Virus record (IMG/VR): IMGVR_UViG_3300005458_000015
Coordinates: 1-64,000 of that record
Length of the DNA: 64,000 nt
Strand: one strand, 5' to 3'
Origin: a virus
Lineage: Duplodnaviria > Caudoviricetes
In this document: in pieces, positions 53,789 through 62,220 of the stretch
How positions within the stretch are numbered: position 1 is the stretch's first letter
Layout of the letters: every line of letters starts with the position of its first letter
Position numbers and translations under genes: made by a program
Notes under the pieces: model-generated
The model's database searches: none
What the model saw: the letters and a program-made list of their open reading frames with translations, nothing else
Told to the model about the DNA's origin: nothing

Positions 53789-54014
53789 AGGCTCTGCCGC
53801 CTCGCCGCCCTATGACCACGCCTGCTGCTTCACGACTGTTCCCGGTAGGGAGCACAACATCAACTGCCCACAGGAGGGCTCAGTGACCGACACCGACACC
53901 ATGTCCGTCGAAGACGCTCTGGCGCTGCGTGACGCCGCTTATCAGAGCGGTCGTCTCGACGGTGCCGAGGAAGTCCGGCAGGTCGTCCGTAACGCGCTCG
54001 GGCTGACCGAGTGA
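53772..54014 (+). CDS. small hypothetical protein (possibly two fused modules)
   Basis: RBS GGAGG; internal AGGAGG-GTG at ~53883. Confidence 0.6.
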   Translation: MTTAGEGSAASPPYDHACCFTTVPGREHNINCPQEGSVTDTDTMSVEDALALRDAAYQSGRLDGAEEVRQVVRNALGLTE

Positions 54015-54340
54015 CCGAGGATGCTGAGGTCGACCGGATGATGGACCGCGCTCGTGCCGGGCAGGACCCCTACGCCGACCAGACGATGCCCTACGAAGTG
54101 TCAGGCTCTGCCGCGACGCCGCTCGATGAGTGGCGCGAACAGGAACGCGAGCGCGAGCGGACCCGCTACCCGTTTGCAGCACCCGAGGCCGAACGGTGCG
54201 AGGCCGTGCGACGGGCCGCAGGCAACCCCTTCGACAAGTCCGACTGGACGATCTTGTACCGCTGCGGCAAGCGGAAGGGGCATGAGGGGCGGCACGACTG
54301 CGCCGACGAGGGCTGGTCGATGAAGTGGGCGACGCTGTGA
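54011..54340 (+). CDS. small hypothetical protein with C...C...H..H finger
   Basis: 'RCEA...RCGKRKGHEGRH'. Confidence 0.65.
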   Translation: MTEDAEVDRMMDRARAGQDPYADQTMPYEVSGSAATPLDEWREQERERERTRYPFAAPEAERCEAVRRAAGNPFDKSDWTILYRCGKRKGHEGRHDCADEGWSMKWATL

Positions 54341-54798
54341 CCGGCGACGGCTCTGCCGCGAGGGGTGACCCCGAAATGACCAAGGCTGAGAAGGAAGCCT
54401 TCCTGGCTGATCTGTATACCGACCAAAGGAGAGTAATGACTGAAGTAACTCCAGACGAAACGCCCAAACCAACCATTGGGCGGATCGTGATCTACAAGTC
54501 GAAGATCGACAATGGACCCGGCAACGACGTCTTTTCTCCTGCTGTCGTGATCAGGACCAAGGACACCTGCGTCGAGGCCGTTTCCAAGCGCTGGGGTCCA
54601 GAGCCCCAGAAGGTCACGTCTGCAAGTGACCCATCCGTTACCCATGAAACAGCAGCACGACCTGCTGAGGTAGCCGACATGCTGCCGGACGACACCACGG
54701 TGGACCTCCTTGTCCATGGCCTCGGCAAGGATTACCGCGAGTACAACGTCAAGTTCGGCACCGGCTTCGGAGAATGGCAATGGCCTACTCGCGGGTGA
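54337..54798 (+). CDS. hypothetical protein ('KPTIGRIVIY' family)
   Basis: 'PTIGRIV.Y...PAVV...VDLLV...W.WP'. Confidence 0.7.
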   Translation: MTGDGSAARGDPEMTKAEKEAFLADLYTDQRRVMTEVTPDETPKPTIGRIVIYKSKIDNGPGNDVFSPAVVIRTKDTCVEAVSKRWGPEPQKVTSASDPSVTHETAARPAEVADMLPDDTTVDLLVHGLGKDYREYNVKFGTGFGEWQWPTRG

Positions 54799-54965
54799 AG
54801 AAACTGAACCGGCAACTGATGAGCCTGGTGGAGGTAATAGCCTGCCGAACCATTGGTTGCACTTCATTCTTTGCTCGCTGGTTTACCTGGCCACACGGCA
54901 AGATCTGCAACCCCTTGGCCATCCACAACTATGAGTTGGAGCGGAAAGGACGTAATGAATCCTGA
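54795..54965 (+). CDS. small hypothetical protein
   Basis: GTGA-coupled; C...C...H..C..H. Confidence 0.45.
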   Translation: MKKLNRQLMSLVEVIACRTIGCTSFFARWFTWPHGKICNPLAIHNYELERKGRNES

Positions 54966-55470
54966 CGACGCAGACGACCTCCAGAACGAACTGGGCAACG
55001 TGATCGGTATGGTCCCTGCTCATATCTTCACCGGCGGTTTGGACCTGGATCAGGAGATCGGTCTTGCCACCATCTCCGAGTGCCTGGACCGTGGGGAGAA
55101 GTACACCCTGGCACTGGCTCGTGGGGACGAGAAGTTGCGGCATGAGTTCGAGCCGCTCTACCGACTGTTGACCGGCATTGCAGTCGGCTCTATCGTCCCC
55201 ATCCTTCAGCGCATCAACGAGGGTGACTCTCCGCCCAAGGCGATGATCGAGACCATCGCAGGTATTGGTGGTCTCATGTTCTTCGGTGGGATCGAATACG
55301 CGAAGGCCATGGGCCTCAACGGAGTAGGCGTAGATCTGCCCGAACCGAAGAAGAAGAACCGGGGAGACAACGAATACCCGGAGACCAAACCCAACACAAA
55401 CATCAGCCTGTCCGAGTTCATGAAAATGAACAACATGGACGTCGAAGACCTCGACGGCCTGGATGAGTAG
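54955..55470 (+). CDS. hypothetical protein
   Basis: 171 aa; RBS GAAAGGA. Confidence 0.65.
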   Translation: MNPDDADDLQNELGNVIGMVPAHIFTGGLDLDQEIGLATISECLDRGEKYTLALARGDEKLRHEFEPLYRLLTGIAVGSIVPILQRINEGDSPPKAMIETIAGIGGLMFFGGIEYAKAMGLNGVGVDLPEPKKKNRGDNEYPETKPNTNISLSEFMKMNNMDVEDLDGLDE

Positions 55471-55483
55471 AAGGGAACAACGC

Positions 55484-56491
55484 ATGGCACGATCCCGTCA
55501 ACCGCAGCGCCACCGTGCGCAGCGGGAGGACATCGAGGCATGGCTCAGCGAGAAGGGAGTGCTCTTCACCTTCACTCCTGATCTCAGTGCCGATGACTTC
55601 GACTTCGACAAGAGCCTGCGCAACCAGGCTCGGATCAACCAGGTCCTCAACGAGACCCAGTTGGAGACCTACACCGAAGCGATGAAGCGTGGGGACCGTT
55701 TCCCCGCTGTCATCGCCTACAAGGGACAGGACGGTAAGTACGTCCTAGTGGACGGCAACCACCGTCTGCACGCTGCCCGAGAAGCGAGCGAGCCACTCAG
55801 TGCCTACGTACTGGACGGCAGCACCAAGCCCGCCACCATCGTGCAGATGACCTACGAGGCCAACGCCAAGCACGGTCTGCCCAACTCGGTCGAGGACCGG
55901 CAGTTGCACGCCGTCTATCTACTTCGTTCAGGTGCCTCCAGCCAGGAGAATGTGGCAGCCAGTCTCAACCTCTCCAAGGCGCAGGTGCAGAGCGCATGGG
56001 CCAAGGCCAAGGCCGATGAGCGGTCACACCGGGTCGGGTTGCTGTCCCGAGAGTGGGACTCCCTCGGTCCTGGCATCAAGGCACGACTCGGGTCGGTACG
56101 CACCGATGAAGGCTTCGAGGCCATGGCCGACCTTGCCTTCAAGGCCCAGTTGACCTCCAAGGAGGTTGACCAGCATGTCACCGAGATCAACCGGTCCCGA
56201 TCAGGTGCGGAGCAGAAGAAAACAGTGGAGCGGCTCAAGAGCCTCTACCGCAGTCGCATCCAAGCGACCGCTGCTGGCACGCTGTCACCCCGATCAGCGT
56301 CCAAGCAGGGACCGAAGACCTACTTCTACGTAGGTACCGGTCAACTCCAAGCCCTGGAAGACCGGATCGAGGGGATCGTTGCCGACGCCCAGTTGGTCGA
56401 GATCCCCGACATGATCAAGCGGGGCGAAGAGGCCATGGCCATCATCTCGCTGGTCGTGGACGCACTGAAGGCCAAGCAGAAGGGGGAGTAA
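55484..56491 (+). CDS. ParB-like nuclease-domain protein with HTH
   Basis: 'YTEAMKRGDRFPAVI...YVLVDGNHRLHAA', 'ANAKHGL', 'SQENVAASLNLSKAQV'. Confidence 0.85.
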   Translation: MARSRQPQRHRAQREDIEAWLSEKGVLFTFTPDLSADDFDFDKSLRNQARINQVLNETQLETYTEAMKRGDRFPAVIAYKGQDGKYVLVDGNHRLHAAREASEPLSAYVLDGSTKPATIVQMTYEANAKHGLPNSVEDRQLHAVYLLRSGASSQENVAASLNLSKAQVQSAWAKAKADERSHRVGLLSREWDSLGPGIKARLGSVRTDEGFEAMADLAFKAQLTSKEVDQHVTEINRSRSGAEQKKTVERLKSLYRSRIQATAAGTLSPRSASKQGPKTYFYVGTGQLQALEDRIEGIVADAQLVEIPDMIKRGEEAMAIISLVVDALKAKQKGE

Positions 56492-56494
56492 TCG

Positions 56495-57442
56495 ATGCCC
56501 CGGACGAGCGTTATGCATCAGCACGCTCTCCAACTCTTGCGGGACGGCTATTGGCATGACTACAACGAGGTCCTCAGGGATCTCATGGAGCATGTACCGC
56601 CACACAAGGCTGCCCATGAGGCAGAGCGCGCTCGAATTGATAACTGGCGTAAAACCCATCCTGATGCGAGTCCCAACTACATCCCACCCCGGAAGAAGCG
56701 CCACACAATGGATCAGCAGATCCAGACCGGGGCTCGGATGATCGCCAACGAGATACTCAGGAACGCCGCCTATGAAGTGGCGAAGAACCCGGAGACAGGT
56801 GCCAAGATCATCCGGCTTTACAACCCGGAGAACAGCACCCAACTCCCACCAGGGTTTGTCCTGGGTAAGTCCCGAAAGGCGTTCTCTGCGTACTACGGGA
56901 TGTCGAAGGAAGAACGGGAGAAGTTGCTGTCCCAGCGATCCCGCAACGCTGCCAGGGCCAGGCTGATCAAGAGGGGTCTTGACCCTGATACCTACGTCAC
57001 GATCGAAGAACGGAATCGACGCCGCAAAGAAGAGATCGCCAACATGACTCCCGAGCAACTCAAAGCCTTTCGTGCTGAAGCGGCTCGCAAGTCTTGGGAG
57101 ACCCGGAAGAAAAACCTCGAAAAGAAGGCCCAAGAGGAAGGAAAACTAATGGGTCATCGATATCGCCTCGTCATCGACGTGTGCGAAGAGTCAGAGCGTG
57201 GAGGGGGAGAATTCCTAGGTATTGAAGATCTCAAGGAAATCCATGAAGCCGTGACCTCTGCTGCAAAGGTCGCCATCCCCGCCCGAGTGAAGAAATCGGT
57301 TCGGGTGGAGAAGGTGATGCAGCGCAAGTCCGTCTACCACGAGCACGAAGGCAACAGCACCTGCAACGGGTGCTTGCGCATGGCAGACGACGGCATGGAC
57401 GGGGATTTGTCGAGTGTCTTCCCGCCCCTCACCGTCTCCTGA
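56495..57442 (+). CDS. hypothetical basic protein (possible two-gene fusion)
   Basis: 'AEAARKSWETRKKN' basic helix; internal CTAATG junction at ~57147. Confidence 0.6.
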   Translation: MPRTSVMHQHALQLLRDGYWHDYNEVLRDLMEHVPPHKAAHEAERARIDNWRKTHPDASPNYIPPRKKRHTMDQQIQTGARMIANEILRNAAYEVAKNPETGAKIIRLYNPENSTQLPPGFVLGKSRKAFSAYYGMSKEEREKLLSQRSRNAARARLIKRGLDPDTYVTIEERNRRRKEEIANMTPEQLKAFRAEAARKSWETRKKNLEKKAQEEGKLMGHRYRLVIDVCEESERGGGEFLGIEDLKEIHEAVTSAAKVAIPARVKKSVRVEKVMQRKSVYHEHEGNSTCNGCLRMADDGMDGDLSSVFPPLTVS

Positions 57443-57507
57443 CGGTCACCACTTACCGCCCCTGGACAACACGGTCCAGGGGCTTACTCGTTTAGAGAGG
57501 GAAAACC

Positions 57508-59022
57508 TTGCCAGCAGCATCGCAGGACTACGACCGCAAGGCCAAGGCAGAGCAGGTATCGGAGAAGCGCCTACTGGAGACCTTGGCCGAACTCGGCGGC
57601 AAGCGGGTTGCCGACGATGACATCGTGTTCGAGGGCACCAGAATCGTCCTACCGGCGACGATGACCCCTCGCTCCGCGATCAAGTTCCTGACTCAGCACA
57701 TCGAGCAGGAAGAGGAAGAGACGCAGTTCTCCCGCGTGATGAACTACCGTCCGTGGGACGGGGCGTGGGCGATGCAACTCGCACTGAAGAAGGTGTTCGG
57801 CACCACCGGCATCGGCAAGGCCACCTACTCCTTCTTCGGCAAGAACCCGCCGCAGTTGATCACCATCGACGTCGGCGTGGGACAGCAGGCTCAGGTGCCG
57901 TGGGGCACGATCGACTTTCCCATCCTCCAGGCCACACTCAACCTGGGCCAGAGCAACCACCCGGAGTTCGGACCACTGTTTGCCCTGACGGTGGAGTGTC
58001 CCCGTAAGTATCGGGGTCACGTCGAGGGTCTGTTCAAGGCCATCGAGCATGAGTTGCGAGAGCACTCGATCTACCGAGGCAAGGCGTTCAACGGTGCCAC
58101 CATGCCTCAGTTCATCGACCCGTACTCGGTGGACCGCAAGAAGGTGGTCTACAAGGACGACGTGGAGCGTCAGTTGGACGCCAACGTCTGGGGTGTCCTC
58201 CGGCACTCTGACGCCCAGCGGGCAGCAGGACTCCCGCTGAAGCGTGCTGTGCTGCTCTCCGGCCCATACGGCACCGGCAAGAGCCTGGCAGCAGCCCTCA
58301 CCGGTCAGGTGGCGGTGGAGAACGGCTGGACTTTCGTGCAGTGCCGCCCAGGCAAGGACGACCTGGGCCAGGTCATGCAGACGGCACTGCTCTACCAGCC
58401 CGCTGTGGTGTTCTACGAGGACGTGGACACCATCGCCCAGGGAGGCGACCCGGACAAGGTCAGCCAACTGCTGGACATGTTCGACGGCATCACCGCCAAG
58501 GGCACCGAGTTGATCGTCGTGATGACGACCAACCACGCTGAGTTGATCCACAAGGGCATGGTCCGGCCAGGTCGGCTGGACGCGGTCATCCAGATCGATG
58601 CTCTCGACCACCAGGGCGTGGAGAACCTGATCAAAGCCACGGTCCCGACCAACCTGTTGGGCACGGACCTCGACTACGACCTGATCGGGAAGTCCATGGA
58701 GGGCTTCCTCCCCGCCTTCATCAAGGAGGCCATCGACCGTGCGGTGCGCTACAACATCGCCCGGACTCATGGCACACCGGAGTTGCTCACCACGGACGAC
58801 TTCGTGGACGCGGCTCTGGGTCTTCGCCCGCAGTTGGACCTGATGAACGGTGCCACCGAGGGCAAGACGCCGGACACGCTGACCCAGGCCATGACCCGAG
58901 TGGTCACCGACACCACCACCCAGGCGGTGCAGGGCATGGTGCTCACCGACGCCAGCAAGCGTCCGCAACTGTGGCCGGTGTCGCAGGAGGACGTTCCGGG
59001 TTCCAAAATCGCCAAGAAGTAA
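57508..59022 (+). CDS. AAA+ ATPase (classic clade, single module)
   Basis: Walker A GPYGTGKS, Walker B VVFYEDVD, SRH 'TTNH...VRPGRLD'. Confidence 0.92.
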   Translation: MPAASQDYDRKAKAEQVSEKRLLETLAELGGKRVADDDIVFEGTRIVLPATMTPRSAIKFLTQHIEQEEEETQFSRVMNYRPWDGAWAMQLALKKVFGTTGIGKATYSFFGKNPPQLITIDVGVGQQAQVPWGTIDFPILQATLNLGQSNHPEFGPLFALTVECPRKYRGHVEGLFKAIEHELREHSIYRGKAFNGATMPQFIDPYSVDRKKVVYKDDVERQLDANVWGVLRHSDAQRAAGLPLKRAVLLSGPYGTGKSLAAALTGQVAVENGWTFVQCRPGKDDLGQVMQTALLYQPAVVFYEDVDTIAQGGDPDKVSQLLDMFDGITAKGTELIVVMTTNHAELIHKGMVRPGRLDAVIQIDALDHQGVENLIKATVPTNLLGTDLDYDLIGKSMEGFLPAFIKEAIDRAVRYNIARTHGTPELLTTDDFVDAALGLRPQLDLMNGATEGKTPDTLTQAMTRVVTDTTTQAVQGMVLTDASKRPQLWPVSQEDVPGSKIAKK

Positions 59023-59095
59023 GCGAGCGATCAAGTTTCTTCAGGCGGGGGGCGGGCGGGCAACCATCCGCTTCCTCTCCTGAGGACGGAGGCAC

Positions 59096-59713
59096 ATGAG
59101 CGAGTCCTGGCAATCTCTAGCCCAAAGATCTACCTACGCCATCTTGCGCGATGCGAAAGGAGGTTATGCAAAACACACCACGGCTACTGCCCGTAGGGGC
59201 TACGACGAAATGATCGGCTGGTACGGGAAGATCGATAACAAGTCATATATCGATAACTCCACAAACCCCAAGTTCTCGATAAACACCGATTACCGACCAC
59301 CAGGCACAGGCAGCAAACCTCTCATCCCCCATCACAACTGGGTGTATCCCACTCACGGCGATGTGATCGAGTTCTATGACGCACACGGGTGTTACATCGC
59401 CACCTGGCGCAACGGCCCATCCGGTTCAAATCCAGACCAAACCAAAGAAACATTTACCGAGGAGGCAGGCAAGTTGTTCAAGGCCAACACATCCAAGGCC
59501 AAGGGTGGCTACCGTGCCATCGTGGAGTACAACGGCACGGTCGTGTGGGAGAGCGACCAGGTCTACACCGACGATGACAACTTCCAGGCTGCTGACCCGG
59601 ATATGGGCGTCAAGCAGGTCGGGGACACCGGCATGAACAAGGCAGCCAAGGCTGCACAGTCGGCCATCAACCAGGTGGTCGAATCCCTCTTCGCAAAGGT
59701 GACGGTGAAGTAA
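59096..59713 (+). CDS. hypothetical protein
   Basis: 205 aa; RBS GGAGG; preceded by a GCAA-loop hairpin. Confidence 0.65.
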   Translation: MSESWQSLAQRSTYAILRDAKGGYAKHTTATARRGYDEMIGWYGKIDNKSYIDNSTNPKFSINTDYRPPGTGSKPLIPHHNWVYPTHGDVIEFYDAHGCYIATWRNGPSGSNPDQTKETFTEEAGKLFKANTSKAKGGYRAIVEYNGTVVWESDQVYTDDDNFQAADPDMGVKQVGDTGMNKAAKAAQSAINQVVESLFAKVTVK

Positions 59714-60334
59714 ATGACAGAAGGCAACAAGAGCGCGAGGGAACTCCTGGAGGAGTCCCTCAGCATCATCACCCACCCCATCCTGGAACTCGAAAACGGT
59801 GACATCGTCACCGGATGGACCGGGTGGGACGAGTTCAAGGACCTATACCACTACAAGAACAGGGTCAAGATCCTTGACCCCACCTTGGTCAAGGTCACGG
59901 AGAACAAGGTCACGAACAATGCGGTGTGCGCGATCGGTGCCATCGCTCTGGCCAACCTTGCCCAGAACTTGAACGTGGACAGGGACTCATACCGGGGTTG
60001 GGGTACCCAGATGACACTCAACGTCCAGGTGGCAATCGCCACCGTAGCGCTGGCCCAGGTCATCTACAGACGAAAGAACCTCCCCCTGGACTATCTCGAT
60101 ACACAGTGGCCACACCTGGCCAACCGCGCCGAAGTAATGGGGCTCTGGCATGTTCCTCTCAAGACTCTCATCGACGCCGCCGAAACACAACCGGATCTCG
60201 TTCGGCAGTTGGCTCAAATGACTGTCAACGTCGTTACCGGTTGGAACGACAATGACTATCGCACCTGGCCCGAGGTTGCTGAGGTCTTCACCGACGCGAT
60301 CAAGGACCTCATCAAGGCAGAGGAGGAAGTGTGA
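59714..60334 (+). CDS. hypothetical protein (DUF6197-like)
   Basis: 'CAIGAI' and 'WND...RT..EV..VF..AI' motifs. Confidence 0.6.
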   Translation: MTEGNKSARELLEESLSIITHPILELENGDIVTGWTGWDEFKDLYHYKNRVKILDPTLVKVTENKVTNNAVCAIGAIALANLAQNLNVDRDSYRGWGTQMTLNVQVAIATVALAQVIYRRKNLPLDYLDTQWPHLANRAEVMGLWHVPLKTLIDAAETQPDLVRQLAQMTVNVVTGWNDNDYRTWPEVAEVFTDAIKDLIKAEEEV

Positions 60335-61053
60335 GCAGTAGCAAGTGGGGCAACGTGGTTACCGCCGCAGGAACCAAGAAGATGGAAGAATATCTGCGCG
60401 CCGCAGACTCCTTCCAGGCGACGGGTGACTCCGCCGTTATCGACGTCACCACCCTCGATGGCGTTGCTATCAAGACCGACCCGGTGGAGTTCCCACTCCC
60501 GGATTTCACCGAGAAGGTCCGAGCCGGAATGGACCTGTTGGACAAGATCCTCCCCGGTTGGCAGGACAGCATCGACCTCACTCTCCTCGATCTGGAGAGC
60601 GACCAGATGTGCGTCCTAGGGCAAACCTGGCCTCTCTACGCCAAGATGCACGGTCTGCTGGAGGAGGGCGACTACAAGCAGTTCGCTGACGCTGTGCTGA
60701 GCGTTGGTGGCGACGGTGACCGCAACCTGATGGCGGCATCCATCGGCTGTGCCATGGACCAGGAGGTCTTCGACTACCTCAACGGGTTCACCTACCGACA
60801 GATCGAGCAGCGGTACGGGTTGACCCCTCAGTTGCTCGACATAGCAACGATCGCGGATGCGCAGAAGGACCCCCAACTCATGGAGGCGGTCAACTTCTTC
60901 AACCAGTGCAACAACCGCCAGAACACGTTGCTCTGGGAGCACTTGACCCGGACCTGGGTCCGGGAGATCACCAAGGCGAGGGAGGAGGGTCGTTGGGACC
61001 AGTCGTCTGTCAGTGCGTCACCTGCAACCGAGGAAGTGACTACGAGCCAGTAG
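60331..61053 (+). CDS. hypothetical protein, paralog of 50654..51217
   Basis: 'GMDLLDKILPGWQDSIDL..LDL....CVLGQ'. Confidence 0.7.
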   Translation: MSSSKWGNVVTAAGTKKMEEYLRAADSFQATGDSAVIDVTTLDGVAIKTDPVEFPLPDFTEKVRAGMDLLDKILPGWQDSIDLTLLDLESDQMCVLGQTWPLYAKMHGLLEEGDYKQFADAVLSVGGDGDRNLMAASIGCAMDQEVFDYLNGFTYRQIEQRYGLTPQLLDIATIADAQKDPQLMEAVNFFNQCNNRQNTLLWEHLTRTWVREITKAREEGRWDQSSVSASPATEEVTTSQ

Positions 61054-61074
61054 CCACCCAGGAGGATCTCCTGT

Positions 61075-61311
61075 GTGACGACTGTCGTAACTCTTTCCAA
61101 TGCATCGCAGACAATAAGGAGGCACGAAACCGTGAGCGGGAGCGTCAAGCATCCGCGAAAGAACAAGCCCACGTTCCAGCGCTACTGGAATGAGGACCAC
61201 CTGCTAGAGAACCGCACCAAGCGCATCATGAAGAACGATGCCAAGAACGCAGGCAAGTTGTGTGCGGAGTGGAAGAAGCGGTACGAAGTTCTGAAGAAGA
61301 GGAAGGCATGA
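61075..61311 (+). CDS. small basic protein
   Basis: ORF track; ATGA-coupled downstream; start uncertain. Confidence 0.45.
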   Translation: MTTVVTLSNASQTIRRHETVSGSVKHPRKNKPTFQRYWNEDHLLENRTKRIMKNDAKNAGKLCAEWKKRYEVLKKRKA

Positions 61312-61517
61312 GCACCAAATGGACTCATGCCATCTGCAATGACTGCTGGGATGCACGTAACCCCAACGGTCGTACTCCTCACCGGCTCAAAGACCCAGAG
61401 CCGGAATACTGCTGCTTCTGCAACGAACCAACCATCAGCGGCATCTACGTTCGTAGCGACCCGGAGAAGACACCCTGCAAAGGGCAGGGTGGACGTCTAC
61501 ACGAGGAGGATGGGTGA
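61308..61517 (+). CDS. Cys/His Zn-finger protein A
   Basis: HAICNDCW...CCFCNEPT.SG...CKGQG..H. Confidence 0.7.
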   Translation: MSTKWTHAICNDCWDARNPNGRTPHRLKDPEPEYCCFCNEPTISGIYVRSDPEKTPCKGQGGRLHEEDG

Positions 61518-61792
61518 ACGCCCATCTGATGTGCGACAGGGATTGGCATCGACTTCCTGATCCGAAACCAATCCCTGTCGCAGTAACCTTCGAGCCGGTA
61601 ACTGAGGCTCAACCCTGTTGTTGGTGTGGCGAGCCAACACAGTCAGGAGTTTTCTTCGCCAACCATGAACCAGAAGTCCTTGCCTGCAAGGGGCAAGGCG
61701 AGATCCACCAGGAGGAACAGAGTGACAGCGACACTGCCGGAGACACCAGCCAAGGAGTCGTGGGGGACAGCGGAGAAGGCGGTCCTGCCTGA
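61514..61792 (+). CDS. Cys/His Zn-finger protein B (tandem paralog of A)
   Basis: HLMCDRDW...CCWCGEPT.SG...CKGQG..H. Confidence 0.65.
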   Translation: MNAHLMCDRDWHRLPDPKPIPVAVTFEPVTEAQPCCWCGEPTQSGVFFANHEPEVLACKGQGEIHQEEQSDSDTAGDTSQGVVGDSGEGGPA

Positions 61793-62021
61793 GGGCCAGT
61801 CCTGCCTGTTTGCCCTAGACGGCTCCGGGGACTCCCGCTTCATGTGGAGCAAGGACAACCCGGACGAGATCGACGCTGCGAAGAAGACCTTCAAGCGGCT
61901 CAAGGACAAGGGCTACGACGCCTTCAAGGTCAAGGCCGATGGCGGCAAGGGCGAGAAGATCAGCGACTTCGACCCCACCGCCGAGAAGATCATCATGGCC
62001 CCGCGTCTGGTCGGTGGCTGA
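61722..62021 (+). CDS. putative ubiquitin-like (beta-grasp) protein with C-terminal diglycine
   Basis: RBS AGGAGG + GTG; inferred beta-beta-alpha-beta-beta-beta pattern ending APRLVGG-stop. Confidence 0.6.
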   Translation: MTATLPETPAKESWGTAEKAVLPEGQSCLFALDGSGDSRFMWSKDNPDEIDAAKKTFKRLKDKGYDAFKVKADGGKGEKISDFDPTAEKIIMAPRLVGG

Positions 62022-62220
62022 CCAAGCACCTTGCCCCGTATGTGGTTTAGGGGGCGGCTTCCACAACTCCGACACTCACTCCTTCGGGATAGAACGAGCG
62101 AAAGAGTTGTGGGGGTCGCCCCTGCGACCAGACATCGAGCGCAAGGACTACACGCCTTATGCGTTCAGGGCTGGTGACAACGAGTACGTCATCATCTGGA
62201 AGAAAGATGGTGGTCGATGA
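62014..62220 (+). CDS. small protein with CPVC...H motif
   Basis: GTG overlapping the Ubl stop; 68 aa. Confidence 0.55.
   Translation: MADQAPCPVCGLGGGFHNSDTHSFGIERAKELWGSPLRPDIERKDYTPYAFRAGDNEYVIIWKKDGGR

Noticed and set aside
57649-59034. 461-aa minus-strand ORF, and similar antisense ORFs such as 12321..13082 +, 15464..16150 +, 56294..57133 -
   Set aside because: Shadow frames of well-supported genes on the opposite strand (high-GC codon symmetry); no motifs or RBS.
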